A stretch of DNA of 63,266 nucleotides, the filler included, from Lenisia limosa (taxonomy: Eukaryota; Protista; Breviatea), in NCBI GenBank assembly GCA_001655205.1. It is 8 parts of 8 records of this genome, joined end to end, with 100 filler letters (N's around TTAATTAATTAA, not from the genome) between each part and the next. Parts side by side here need not be neighbours in the genome. Positions count along the whole stretch, not along the records: positions 41,272 to 56,627 come from LPNZ01008665.1; positions 56,728 to 60,252 come from LPNZ01003740.1; positions 60,353 to 63,266 come from LPNZ01001443.1; 5 more parts are not named here. One strand, 5' to 3'. The stretch's first letter is position 1; each line of letters starts with the position of its first letter. Positions 51,401 to 63,140 of the stretch are shown here, one piece after another. The notes below the pieces were generated by a model. It worked only from the letters and a program-made list of their open reading frames with translations. It was not told where the DNA came from and searched no databases. The translations under genes and the position numbers were made by a program.

Positions 51401-53645
51401 CAGCACTTCCCTCCTCGTTTATTTCTACATAATCATGTCTTTAACAGGACATGTACTTTGTTAGCATGACGTATGGCTTTGACCCTTTAGATTTGATGCC
51501 GCCTTGGACTTATGCGCCACGCACAACGTGACGCTCACTGAGGAGCTGGCGGAAGAAATGACACCACCCAAGGTTCGAGCTCAGCCTTGTCATAATCATT
51601 TGACCTTGCTATGACTAGTAAATAACGGACATCTAACTTTTCAGGCCTCCAACCCCCAAGACACAGAGGCCCGTAACCATCTTCTCACAAAGGTGCCCTC
51701 AACCCCCCTCCCGCACCCTCTTGCTCTGCTGGGTTCCCTTTTCGTACCTCTTTTATAATTGTTATTGTACCACCATGACGCCACATCTCTGCTGGGTTCC
51801 CTTTTCGTATCTCTTGTAATTGTTATTTTACTGCCACATCAACGTGACGCCACAGATGGCGCGCTGCGCAAAGCGTCAAGGCAACCTGCAGCTGTCGGCT
51901 AAGAAGTACACCCAGGCCGGGGACAAGATCAAGGCAATCAAGACCCTTATCAAGGTATGGGCTCCCCTCACAGCATGACACCACTCACTCATTAGGCTGG
52001 TGATGTTGAGAAAGTCATCTTCTTCGCAGGTTTGGGGATTGTCAGATGCTGATGAATGTAGTAAGCAATATTGACATATATCAGATAGTAGTATATACAA
52101 TATACATGAATGTTTACAATAAGCAATATTTTTGTTTGTTATACGCAATATATATGTTTAATATAAGCCGTTCAACTTACCACAATAGGGGTGTCTCGGA
52201 ACAAGGAGATTTACGTTTTGTCTGCCAACTTCCTCCAAACCATGGACTGGCGCTCCAATGCCTCTTTGATGAAGGAAATCATCCAGTTCTACACCAAGGT
52301 AGCGCCATCTACCTAGCTACAGGATTATTCGGGACCCGAAGTCACTTTTTAGGCGCGTGCTTATGAGAGTCTTGCTGCCTTCTACGATGCCTGTGCCGAG
52401 GTCGGGGGAGGCTCGGAGGCTCGGGAAAATGGCAAAGGGGAAAGGGGTAAATGGAGACAATGTCTATCTGGGATGCGGAGCTGCAGAAGCGACGGGCCTG
52501 GGCTTTGTTTGTTTCATTGNNNNNNNNNNNNNNNNNNNNNNNNNNNNNNNNNNNNNNNNNNNNNNNNNNNNNNNNNNNNNNNNNNNNNNNNNNNNNNNNN
52601 NNNNNNNNNNNNNNNNNNNNNNNNNNNNNNNNNNNNNNNNNNNNNNNNNNNNNNNNNNNNNNNNNNNNTGGAAGATACCATGTCTTACCCCACCAGGTGG
52701 AAGTTGACGAGTACCAAAGCTACGAGAAGGCCCTCGCTGCGCTGAAGGAGGCTGTCAAGGTATGCTGCAACAAAGCCCTCTCATCTCAGACAATATCATT
52801 GAGATGCGCTTTTGCTGTAATTAGTACCTTTACGCCAATATTCTTCATCGAAATTTCCTTGTTTTACTCNNNNNNNNNNNNNNNNNNNNNNNNNNNNNNN
52901 NNNNNNNNNNNNNNNNNNNNNNNNNNNNNNNNNNNNNNNNNNNNNNNNNNNNNNNNNNNNNNNNNNNNNNNNNNNNNNNNNNNNNNNNNNNNAGGCCCAC
53001 CTAGTGGAACGTTTTGTGACGGCACGTAAAGCCTCGTCAGCCGACCCCGAGCAGATGCTCCACCTCTGCACGGAGCTTCTGGATGACCCCGATATTGAGG
53101 TATGCTGGGCTCTAGTTTCCTAGAGCCTCAGCATCACAGTTGAGACCTACCTCCTTCAACCTCCAAGGCAGAGTATCAATCGGTTTAGAACCCCCTTTAT
53201 CGGTTTAGAACGGCGTTCGTGCCGGTGACGTCTACGGCCAACTTGTCGATCACTACGCCTCTCAGAACAACCCGGGGCAAGGTGGGACTTCTTCACTTGA
53301 ATCAAGAAGAACTTACAATGATCCGCTTTAACTGTTCAGCCATGTCCCTCATTGAGAAGATGTTTGAGAAAAACATTGAAATTGAGTTCTACTTGGACAG
53401 AGAAATGGTGCAATGGGTTTACCAATCCAACGGGATGCAAATGCCCCCGCGTGAGAGGGGCTTACCCGATTGTGTTTGTTTTTCTTTTTTTCGAGTGTAA
53501 ACAACCACAGATTTTGACCAGTCCATTCTTTATTACGACCAAACCTCACCATTTAGAGTTGTTCCAGCAGCAGCCCCAAGGCGGTATGCATCCTGATGAA
53601 TCCGGTGAAATGATCGAGGATGAGGTTGAGGACGTAAATGATTAG
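42482..53645 (+). CDS. IFT140: Intraflagellar transport protein 140 (IFT-A; WD40 + TPR), ~35-40 exons, some in N gaps
   Basis: [17 protein letters not shown]; [13 protein letters not shown]; [10 protein letters not shown]; [23 protein letters not shown]; [15 protein letters not shown]; HLRVTWHRY; [10 protein letters not shown]; [22 protein letters not shown]; FVCQLPPNH region; [15 protein letters not shown]; [10 protein letters not shown]; acidic C-terminus. Confidence 0.95.
44568..44666. mobile_element. MITE family 1 copy in IFT140 intron
   Basis: TAGGGTTTCCCTACTGTCGGAAAAAGAC ... TTTTTTTGGGACCGTAAGGAAGCCCT. Confidence 0.7.
47449..47542. mobile_element. MITE family 1 copy in IFT140 intron
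   Basis: TAGGGCTTCG..ATGACC ... GGTCTTTTTTGAGACCGCAGAGAAGCCC. Confidence 0.6.
49475..49562. mobile_element. MITE family 1 copy in IFT140 intron
   Basis: TAGGCTTCCCTACGGTCACAAAAAAAGAC ... CTTTTTCGGACCGTTTGGAAGCCC; partial second copy near 49600-49670. Confidence 0.7.
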
Positions 53646-54270
53646 TTTTGATGTATTGTTTGTATTATATTCCAACAGAGTAGTGGGGTTGCTGACGTTT
53701 GGCTACAATTTGCCTCTTTTGCTTTATTTTCAGATCCTCACCTAATAATTCCATTTCAAATCTCCTGCATTAATTCCGAAATCCTAGTTCAAACACAACA
53801 ATTGAAATTTCCGACAGAAAAAGTCACTTGGTGACAATTAGGAGTCAAACGCATTGAGAACGTCCTGAACTGTAAAGACTTCAAGCCACCCACCATCTGT
53901 TCCTTGACCATTTGGTCTGTTACTGTGTCTTCAGGGTGACATCGGAATTCCTAAAACGTAAAGAAACATTGCATACCCATATTAACATCTCTGTTTTATT
54001 AACATTTTTTTCTCAAAACAACAACTATCTACCAAGCCACCCACCCGGTGTCGGCGCTGTATTGCGGTTTTAGTCTCCTCTACCAGGCTCTTCAGCCAAT
54101 TCATCGCCATCGCCTCTTCCGAACTACACAAATTAGCCAGGTGCATTATGTACCAAATATCTCATATGTACGGTCTAAGCCCTACCTTCCCTTCAGCATC
54201 AACAACACATCAAAACGGCATGATATGATGAGATATGAGTGTTACAGATTTGCCAGAACCAGTTGAGAAC

Positions 54271-56300
54271 TCAGTCTTCAGCCCACTTGCTTAATTCTTC
54301 ATCCATCATCGCAAGGTCAGCCGATTTGCGCCAATCTCGCGCAACAACCGCACGTGACGCCAACGCAAGGTTGTAAGAGGGAGTCCCATTGATATCCAGG
54401 ATACCTGGCATGTCCGGACACATTGATGCCAGGGTATTGACCCTCTCATTGAAATCGGAATACTGTGTCTCTATTTTGTGAACCAACTGCAGAACATACT
54501 ATTGAGGTCGATTTTGGCTCTCTCAAGGATGTCGGAACAGACAACAGCTTCCACATTGTGGTTGTTATGGGGGAGGAAGCCGTAGTGAGCAAATGCAAAA
54601 CATGACGTCATTGTACCGTAGGATATAAAAATCTGGGGGGTCAATGAAAACAACGTGCAGACCTGATCCCCTTTCGGGACATCCTGCAATGTTTTCAGGA
54701 CCACTGTATCTCTGAATCCAGCAGGAAGCTGGCTCGTTAGCGACACATCATCTTTGGTTATGACTTTTGGAGATTGTGGGGAGGTGTGAGGAACACTGAA
54801 CAAATCAATTTGAATTGGAACAATTTATTGGGGGAATCGACTTGTTAATAAAAATAATCCAATTTTGAACATTTGGAACTTTTTGATTGTTGATAACGAA
54901 GAATAAGTCGGACCAATACCCAAAAGCATACGGTGTAATAAAAGACTGTGGGGAGTTGGCAGCCGTGTCATGGTTTAAGAGATCTAATAACGGAGCCAAT
55001 GCAGCTTGATCTCTCATATCTGTAGGGTATGATGAGACTTGTAACATCTAATAGTAAATAGTAATACCAGTCATCTCGTCTTGTAGCAAACCCGGATTGG
55101 AGGGGCAGTAGATTGTTCTCGAGTTGTACACTGCCCAAGCCTCAGAAACATCTTGGAAGGAACATGCAGGGAGATACTCGGGTATCTGCAAATAAGTACT
55201 GAACACTTTTTGTGTATTGATCAAAATGAGAGTTATATCTAGGGCTTCCATGGTCCAAAAAAGACATGTAAAATATCGATATTTGTCGAGGATTAATCGA
55301 AAAAAACAGCCTTTCTTCAGATCGACGTGAAGCCCTAGTTATATCCACACCAACCTCTTTGACGAGGTTGTTGACGCATTCATAAACTGTCATTAGGACC
55401 TTTCTTGTGATTAAGGCTTCTTTTGCGCACTGCCAAGGTGAAACAGCTCAACGGATATGGGACATAAAGCTAAGAAATCAACTATATTGCTGAACAACTC
55501 TTTTAGATGATTAATGTGATCAAAAGCCATCAACACCAGTTTGGCGTCATCTAAGCAGCATACCCCTTGACATGGGTGAGACTCCAGCTCAGCCTCGGAA
55601 TAGAGCGCAGCCGGGAGGGGAACAAACGACGGTAACGTTTCAATATAAGGCCAATACGGCGACTGTCGTTTGAGGTGTCTGAAGGCGTCATTTCAATGGG
55701 CTTTCCTGTGAATGCATATCATCTAAATAAAACCTCACTTGTGCCGTAAAATGAAGATGACCATCGCGGCTGTTGGAGTAATAGCCACTCTAGATGACTT
55801 TTCTCTCTTCTGAAAACTAGGTTCTTCTTCTCTACTAGAGGTCCGATAGATCTGTCATAAGGGCTGTCAACAAGGAAAATAGAAACAATAATTAATGAAT
55901 TTAGTATCGGAATTAAAAAACCGTTCATTCAAAGCCTGTACACAGTAGATTCCCACCTCTTGTATTAGTTCGACTTTCCCATTGAGAAGGGGGTCCTTCA
56001 TCAAAGTTGTCGGCGTTATCAGAACTTCGGGAGACAGACAAATGATGTCATCACCAGCCTTCAAGTCATGTGTACTATGTCAGTTAAAACTGTTATGCTA
56101 TACTTCCCATGGTACTGCATGCTTTTACCCAAATCCACAAACTAGTAGTCCATGCCCCATACCTGTACAACCCACGACCGGTGCCTGGGAAATCTTTGTC
56201 CCTTAAAGTACTGGCGGGCTTGCATGACGAATGGTACAAGAACCTAGGGGGTTAGTTTGAAGGGCTACCATTGGTCACATCCACCTTCTTTATGGTTAGG
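54271..56300 (-). CDS. SET-domain protein-lysine methyltransferase (SETD3/4/6, Rubisco-LSMT-like); start uncertain
   Basis: DFPGTGRGLY; KAGDDIICLSPEVLIT; SPYWPYIETLP; LAPLLDLLNHD; KGDQ-IFISYG..AHYGF. Confidence 0.85.
55240..55337. mobile_element. MITE family 1, best-preserved copy (98 bp)
   Basis: TAGGGCTTC...GAAGCCCTA termini with exact 8-bp TSD GTTATATC (55232-55239 / 55338-55345). Confidence 0.9.
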
Positions 56301-56390
56301 GATTCACACCGATCCAAACAAAGACCGAACTTCTCGATAAATCCTCGAATAATTTCGATATATTGCTTATCATTTTTGTACCAGAGTGAA
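56295..56390. mobile_element. MITE family 1 copy (diverged)
   Basis: TAGGGATTCACACCGATCCAAACAAAGAC..CTCGATAAATCCTCGA. Confidence 0.5.
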
Positions 56391-56529
56391 ACACTTCTAA
56401 TTATCGATAGTCAAAAGTATAAAAATTACTAATTTAGCACCACGAAAAGCCTGTTTGTAAATATATTACATATCACATATCATGCCAAATGTTGAGTATA
56501 TCCTAAAAGTATTTTTGAAACCTGCATAC

Positions 56530-56617
56530 TATATCACACCCAGTATACCAATCTTGGAGAGCTTCCATTCCTCTATATCACACCCAGTATACCAATCTTG
56601 GAGAGCTTCCATTCCTC
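56530..56617. repeat. 44-bp tandem duplication at contig end
   Basis: TATATCACACCCAGTATACCAATCTTGGAGAGCTTCCATTCCTC x2. Confidence 0.9.
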
Positions 56618-56627
56618 TACTACACAA

Positions 56628-56727
56628 NNNNNNNNNNNNNNNNNNNNNNNNNNNNNNNNNNNNNNNNNNNNTTAATTAATTAANNNNNNNNNNNNNNNNN
56701 NNNNNNNNNNNNNNNNNNNNNNNNNNN
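56628..56727. other. Artificial contig spacer
   Basis: 44 N + TTAATTAATTAA + 44 N. Confidence 0.97.
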
Positions 56728-56859
56728 TTCTCGCTGCAAGAGTACCGCGAGCGCCTATACCTCGAAATTGTCAGGCGGAAGCGCGAGATCCGTCGCAAGC
56801 ATCTCGTCGCTGCCGGAATTGGTCCTAAGGGCCCGTCAAGATCTTCTTCCAGGAAGTAA
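56728..56859 (+). CDS. 3'-terminal exon of an unidentified gene
   Basis: GC-rich open frame SLQEYRERLYLEIVRRKREIRRKHLVAAGIGPKGPSRSSSRK* followed by T-rich 3' sequence. Confidence 0.5.
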   Translation, partial: FSLQEYRERLYLEIVRRKREIRRKHLVAAGIGPKGPSRSSSRK

Positions 56860-56999
56860 ACCACCTTGTTTCTTTATTGTTTCTGCTTCTTTTCTTTATG
56901 TATTTAGAACCATTCCACCATTTCCCCGGGGCTCCTTTTGCTGATTTCAGGAGGCAGATCAAATACATTAACTAATATACAAGAAAGGAGACGAGACAC

Positions 57000-58391
57000 T
57001 TAAGCAGTCTGCTTAGTGGGGTGGATGAGGATTTCACGGACGTTGGCACGAGGGGGGAGGCCGTGCACGAAAGTGCAGGTGTCGGCAATGTCAACAGGGA
57101 GAAGAACTTCACCGCCGAGGCCGTCAACCTATATGGATTAGTGGGGGGTCATATTGTCAGAGCAACAAAGAAGAACATCCTTGCAACCTTCCACTTGCCG
57201 TAGCCTTCCTTGATCTCGGTGCTGGTGGTATGGCTCAGAAGCTCAGTCTCAACAACACCAGGGGCAACGTGGCAAACACTGAATTGGTTAAGGGGGAGGG
57301 GATATATTACAATCTCTAAACTGTTTTAAAAAAACAGCTCCAGACTTGGGGCCATACCCTCTCAACATACCGAACGTTATCCTGTGAAAGTTCCTCACGG
57401 AGAGTCTCAGTCAAGGCTCTCACGGCGTACTTGGCAGCTGAGCAGTGAGAAAAGTCGATACGCGAGGAGGGGGTGAATTCCACACATCGCTCGCTTACCG
57501 CAGTAAACGCCATGGTTAGGGAAGGTCTTGACACCAGCAATAGATCCGATGTTGATGATGAAGCCACTCTACGGGAATTAATATCTGATTAAAAGATATT
57601 GAATTTTCTCCGTTGCCCCATTATGTCCCGAAATCAAACCTTCTGCTCCTTCATCTTCTTGGCGACAATTTGACAGGCAACAAGCATAGCAGTGACGTTC
57701 AAGTCCATCATACGTCTAAAAGTGTGAAATTCGTCTTCAAACCATGACAATAAAGAAAGACAGTTGTTGACAAAATGATAGTAACAAGCCGACGATAAAG
57801 AAGCTGATAGAAATCCCAGCAAACTTCCATTCAATAGGGTCCTGAGTGAGCATGTTGCCGAGAAGCATACATCCAGCGTTGTTGATGAGACCTTCAATGT
57901 CAAAATGAGGGCGGAATGGCAATATGGGAAATCAAGACAACTCACAGTTGACAGGTCCGAACTTGGCAACACCTTCTTCAATGCACTTCTACATAAACGT
58001 CAGTCCATTCTATCATTCAATTAACCAAAAACACCCTGATACACGACCCCATAACCAACCTCAAGAGCCTCGGAGTCAGTAATGTCACACTTGAGGCAGA
58101 GAGAGTTGGGGAGCTAAGGAATATTAGTTTTACCTAAAAAAAATGGTACATACATATTAAATGTACATTTTTATGGATGGGAAGACCTTGAGCCCACCTT
58201 CAAAGCTTCGCATTTCTCAACACGACGGGCAAGGAGGAGAAGAGAGTGGCCCTTCTTGGAAAAAGCTTCAGCACATGCAGCACCAACTATACCAAGAGTT
58301 AGAGAAGTCGGCTCGTCACTCACAACAGGATAACCAAAACAAACTCACTTCCTGATGAAGCACCGGTGATAATTACAAGTCCAGATGACAT
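57000..58391 (-). CDS. Classical short-chain dehydrogenase/reductase (DHRS11/YdfG-like)
   Basis: VIITGASS-GIGAACA; LINNAG; SHCSAAKYAVRALTETLREEL; HVAPGVVETEL; NVREILIHPTKQ. Confidence 0.9.
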
Positions 58392-58660
58392 TTTTAAAGA
58401 TATTTTCAATGAAAAATGGGAAAATAAAAAGAAAATCGCGCTTTTTTATACCACATTTCGTCAACAATCCGAGCCATGGCGACAATTGTATGTAATTAGT
58501 TTAACTAATGCAATAATAGCACTTTGCTGAAAATAAATCACCCCTTTTGCCTTTTCTGCCGCATTATATGTTTTAATTATTTGACTAGAATAAGATAGAC
58601 ATAAGGAAAACATTGTTTATGCAAACTCTTTCTGGGGAATTTTGATCTCAGGCCCACAAC

Positions 58661-60252
58661 ATGGCAGAGGCACACCCCATCGTCTCTGCCGCTGAGATTG
58701 GTGATATTCAAGAAATTAAAAAGATTTTCGAGGATGGAGACCCAGCAGAATTGGTCCAGCATACCGCACCAAGGGTAAAGGGGTGTTTACTAGCGTCTTT
58801 TTGGAGTTACAAATCTCTTTATGTTGTTGGCAGGAATTTGAGGTGGAACTATGTATGCTCCTTGTCAGATTCTGTACCAGAAATATGATTGATAAGCATT
58901 CTCTGTATTATGTCTGTTGTCAAGGATTAATGCTTTTGTTGTCTTATGGTTACTACGGCAATCTTGGTTTCTTTTTTAATCAACCAAGGACCATTCTGGT
59001 TATTGTTAAAGATATCCGTTGTGTGTCTCTGAGTTATTGATTTTTCATTCTAAGAAAAGCGTTTGCATGTGTTTTCGTTTTACCAACTGTCAATTCATAT
59101 AATCATCTTGAAGGAATGTTGCGAAGAAAATAATGGCACCATGGTTCTCAATCCATTCGCTTCCTACTCAAGCCATTTTTGTGTTTATTTCTTCTGGAAT
59201 ATTTCAATAAAAGCTTTATCTAACCCCTTAGACCGGCGCCACCGGTTTGGCCAGAGCCTCAGCTGCAGGATTCAAAGAGATTGTCCAGGTTTTCCTTTCA
59301 CATGGGGCCACCGCCAATGTCCAAGATCGCTTCGGCCATACCGTGAGTGGAACTGGAAGCATGTTTCTGGATCTAAATGAATAACTGGTCTTATCATTTC
59401 CCCAATCCTTACAAAAAACCAGAGATCAGAAGAGCTGCATTATTATTATAGAATAGGAACATAACTATCCACTGGTTGCTGTTTACTATGGACCCAAGTT
59501 TCCATGATTGTGCCAACTTAATGCTAATATTTTTGGGTGTTTGGTTGCTTTTGAATTCCAAACTACTCTGTTTAATAACATTCCTCCAGTTTCTTCGTTA
59601 GTATTTCTTTCGTTAACCCCCCCCCCACAGCCGCTGATTCAGGCGTGTAGAGGCGGACATAAAGATGTCGTACAGCTCCTTCTTAAGTCCGGAGCAGACC
59701 AGACTATTGTCAACAAGGTAGGGGTGCTATGTGTTGGACTTATCCGAACAAGTCTTGGCTGGTGCAAAAGTAAGTTTGAAATAAATGATTTAATGAGGTT
59801 GCCAGATTTGAAGTGAAATAATAGAGATTTACAGCTTTTTGTTCCTAAATTTATTTTCTGAAAAACTGACAGCCACTACATATTCCAAGATATAATACAT
59901 ACTTTTATTTATCTGTGTCAATCACATTTTAGCACAAAAAGACAGCTAAAGATGTCGCATCCGATGAGTGCCTCAAACTTCTGGAGGATTTTGTGAGTGA
60001 TGACCAGCCAGCATCGGACGTGGCTGGCGATTCCCAAAAGCCTGATAACCCTGTGGATCTGTCTGAGAAGAATGATCTGGAAGAAGAAGAAGCTGAAAAG
60101 AAGAGAATTGAAGAAGAAGAATCTGAAAAGAAGAGACTTGAAGAGGAAGCTGAGAAGAAGAGAATTGAAGAAGAAGAATCCGAAAAGAAGAAACTTGAAG
60201 AAGAAGCTGAAAAGAAGAGAATTGAAGAAGAAGAAGCTGAGAAGAAGAGAAT
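58661..60252 (+). CDS. Ankyrin-repeat protein with E/K-rich tandem-repeat tail, 3'-partial
   Basis: IVSAAEIGDIQEIKKI; TGLARASAAGFKEIVQVFLSHGATANVQDRFGHT-PLIQACRGGHKDVVQLLLKSGAD; (EEEE[A/S]EKKR[I/L])n. Confidence 0.88.
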
Positions 60253-60352
60253 NNNNNNNNNNNNNNNNNNNNNNNNNNNNNNNNNNNNNNNNNNNNTTAA
60301 TTAATTAANNNNNNNNNNNNNNNNNNNNNNNNNNNNNNNNNNNNNNNNNNNN
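60253..60352. other. Artificial contig spacer
   Basis: 44 N + TTAATTAATTAA + 44 N. Confidence 0.97.
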
Positions 60353-60407
60353 AACAATTCACCCACCAAAACCACACAATAAATTGAAGAAGAAGATTGG
60401 AAACAGG

Positions 60408-60734
60408 GTTTCTCTTCGCTTCAGAACACGAGGTGACGTCATTGAGGAGGTCTTCACGAAATCCAAGGAGGTACTCCACGTTGGCAGCGAGAAGACTTTG
60501 GTGTTTTTGGGGGGTAAACTTAATATTGTATACTCAGCCTCAAATTAGTTTAAAACAGCACATGCCGTGAAGCATCATGATAAAAAGTATCGTAATTTGT
60601 AAGAAAAGACAGTGGGGTGGCTTATCAAAACATCAATAGCAAGAAACCATCACAAACCTTCTGGTATGTAAGATCCGGGTCATTATCCAGAAGACGGGTG
60701 AGCTTGTCTTTGGAAACAACCTCATAATAGATCG
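60408..60734 (+). CDS. Two phase-compatible exons of an unidentified gene (partial)
   Basis: VSLRFRTRGDVIEEVFTKSKE | IRVIIQKTGELVFGNNLIIDR with AG/GT boundaries. Confidence 0.4.
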
Positions 60735-61214
60735 GTGAGAACAGAAAAACAAATAACACCACAATTTTACACGCAACAAAATGGCTTTGGAACATACGGA
60801 AGGGAGAATCCGCTTGAATCCATGTAGCGCGGTATGCAGATATCTGAAAAATGAGTATCAGAGTCCATTAATACTGAACCACAACTTCAATCACAAAATA
60901 AACAAAACTTATTGTCACCCTTCGGACCCCGCATGAATTTGCGCATTACCTAGACAAATTGGTTATGTCCAGACTCGTTTGTGCTGGATCTTTCTTTCAA
61001 ATCTTTAAGGAAATCCATTGCAGCCTTGGCAGTTCAATCAGTTCCAAAGTCGCAATCAGACGATTAGCTGACGGTTTCTCTGAAATATATAATCCTTGAA
61101 TTTGCATCCAGAGTTTATACTATCTCATTTTCGGATTGACCTACACCCAATATGATATGTATAACAAGTGAATACCGAGAATGTCAGCCAATCCTAACCT
61201 CCATGGGAAAAGTG

Positions 61215-61460
61215 ACCTCTATCGCGCCGCCTCAGACCCCGGACACCCACGGACTTCGACTTTGACATAGCCAGGGGGGTCATCACGGGCAACCTCACCA
61301 CCCACCCGATCATGACCTTCCATGGCCCCACAGGTCCGTTGTTCCGGGAGTATCTGGCGTACCTCACCTCCCACCACCTCACTAACCTCACCTTTGTCTT
61401 CCAACCTCACCCCTAACCACCCTATAAACTTTACCCCTTTTTTCCCCTCATACTTCCACC
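61215..61460 (+). repeat. C-rich coding-like repeat, copy B
   Basis: Frame RRLRPRTPTDFDFDIARGVITGNLTTHPIMTFHGPTGPLFREYLAYLTSHHLTNLTFVFQPHP*; homologous to 40985-41171. Confidence 0.7.
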
Positions 61461-61559
61461 TATTCAAATATCATCCCTATTACATATTATGTGATAGGTG
61501 AAACCCGTAAAACGGTTTGCACTCCAAGTGCCCAGATCACCCGCCGTGTCACCACAGAA

Positions 61560-63140
61560 GTGATCCTTTGAGTGCCTTTCATTCAACTTTTGTATGGAAC
61601 TTGATGATTGTCTCAGGTGTGGGCTTCGGCTTGAAAATAGGGAATGGATCAATGTAAGAATGGGTAAAGAATGCAGTTCCAGGAGTGGTATGTAGATTGA
61701 TGTGGGAGAAGAGACTCTTCAAGAATGGGCCGCTGATGGTGTTGCAACGGTAGGGAAGACCAGGTGCGTAGACGTCTTGTTGATAAGCGCAGGGTTATGT
61801 TTCCCNNNNNNNNNNAACTCAGAAATGAGGGTCACAACATGCACGTCTTTGACATCCCTATTACTATAAAGACAATAATGTCATTGTGTTGAATGATGAG
61901 AGGAAATAAAAGGAGTTAAGTTGCTCTGATTACAAAGAACATACAATTACTATCACAGCACTCACTTATTTCCATGCTTCTTGCTAAAAGACTGAATTTT
62001 TGATCGCAATTTTTTATTAACATACGCGTGGTCCAACCTACTTTGTTACTTCTCTAGGTTGCTTGAATTTAAATGCAAAAAAATAAATAATAATAAATAT
62101 CATAGACAATAATCCTTACTTGGAGGAAGTGTGATGTGAATGATGGCTCGATGACGATGAGTAGGAAGAGCTTATACAAGGCAAGTGCACAAACCTGGGG
62201 AATAAAATATAATAATTGATGAAAATGGAAATAAAAGAATACCATACCTCAGCTGAAACGTGAACTCTGGCGCCATCCATAGTGACAAGGCCAACGTTAT
62301 CCGGTCCATGATTGCCTCGTTTCGATACCATTTAGGAGGAGCCATTGCAAAAGGTAACATGAGTTGTGCCTTGCAGCTTTAGTTGCTTCAGGGGTCGCTT
62401 CAACAATATGAGGGGCGATGATATCAGGGTTCTTTTTGAAAAAATCAGAGATCTTGTCGGCATGGGGGTTCCCGCTCCTTGGAAAAGACACATCAACAGG
62501 CTCAACAGTTTTTGCTTTTCGCTTCTCAGCTTCATTCATTTTGGATTTACCTCCCAAAATAATACATGCTGGTATATAATTGCCAGATGCAGTTGTGCAG
62601 GAGATTGCTGAGCCCATAGGTTCTCCTTTCAGGTCTTTCATAAAGCGCGGTCCGAAGACAGTTTCGTCAGCAAAATAAATCGCAGAAAATTCCAGTTCAA
62701 ATTCAGGTGTGCTCCCAAGGTATTCATCTAAGATGACTTTCACCAACTCTGTGACGACTTGGTTGGTTTGGCTATCAGATTCTTTCATGTTGATGATCTA
62801 AAGTATACATAAAAGATAATTAGATTAAGAATCTCGATATTTATCAAGATTATTTGGAAAATAACAGAGGGGTGAGTGTGGAATCATGTTGATATAATCA
62901 ACTCTATTGGCTAAAGGGGGCAAAAAGAATCTAATTGTTACACATTTATGCTCATGTCCTTCCTTCTCCCACCGAATTTGCTCCAGTAAGCTCATTATAG
63001 AGACTGAACAAGAAAAATTCTTGAAAAAACTGTTACAAAAGTTGACTTAAACCTCAAAATCACATTTTCTCCAAGAATGGACTTCAGATTCGAATTCTCC
63101 TTAAAAATCTGCGTTTCTATAATGGGGCACTTTAATAGGC
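61560..63140 (-). mobile_element. Intron-containing pogo/Tigger/Fot1-like DDE transposase gene with one frameshift; ends uncertain
   Basis: YFADETVF (D1 near 62667), SCTTASGNYIPACIILGGK, YLLQWLL, VTMDGARVHVSAE (D2 near 62276), then 53-nt intron 62195-62247, then in-frame IVIEPSFTSHFLQ. Confidence 0.6.

Noticed and set aside
303-53071. ORF-track entries containing long X runs or poly-G/P/K
   Set aside because: Artefacts of N gaps and homopolymers
60079-60252. CRISPR array
   Set aside because: No unique spacers; it is an in-frame coding repeat in a eukaryotic gene
6324-60308. TTAATTAATTAA repeated seven times as a biological repeat or CRISPR-like array
   Set aside because: Always centred in exactly 44+44 N; a six-frame-stop linker added during concatenation
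62172-62360. KilA-N-like LSLWMAPEF reading
   Set aside because: The alternative frame gives MDGARVH and splices in phase to PSFTSHFLQ, fitting a DDE domain much better
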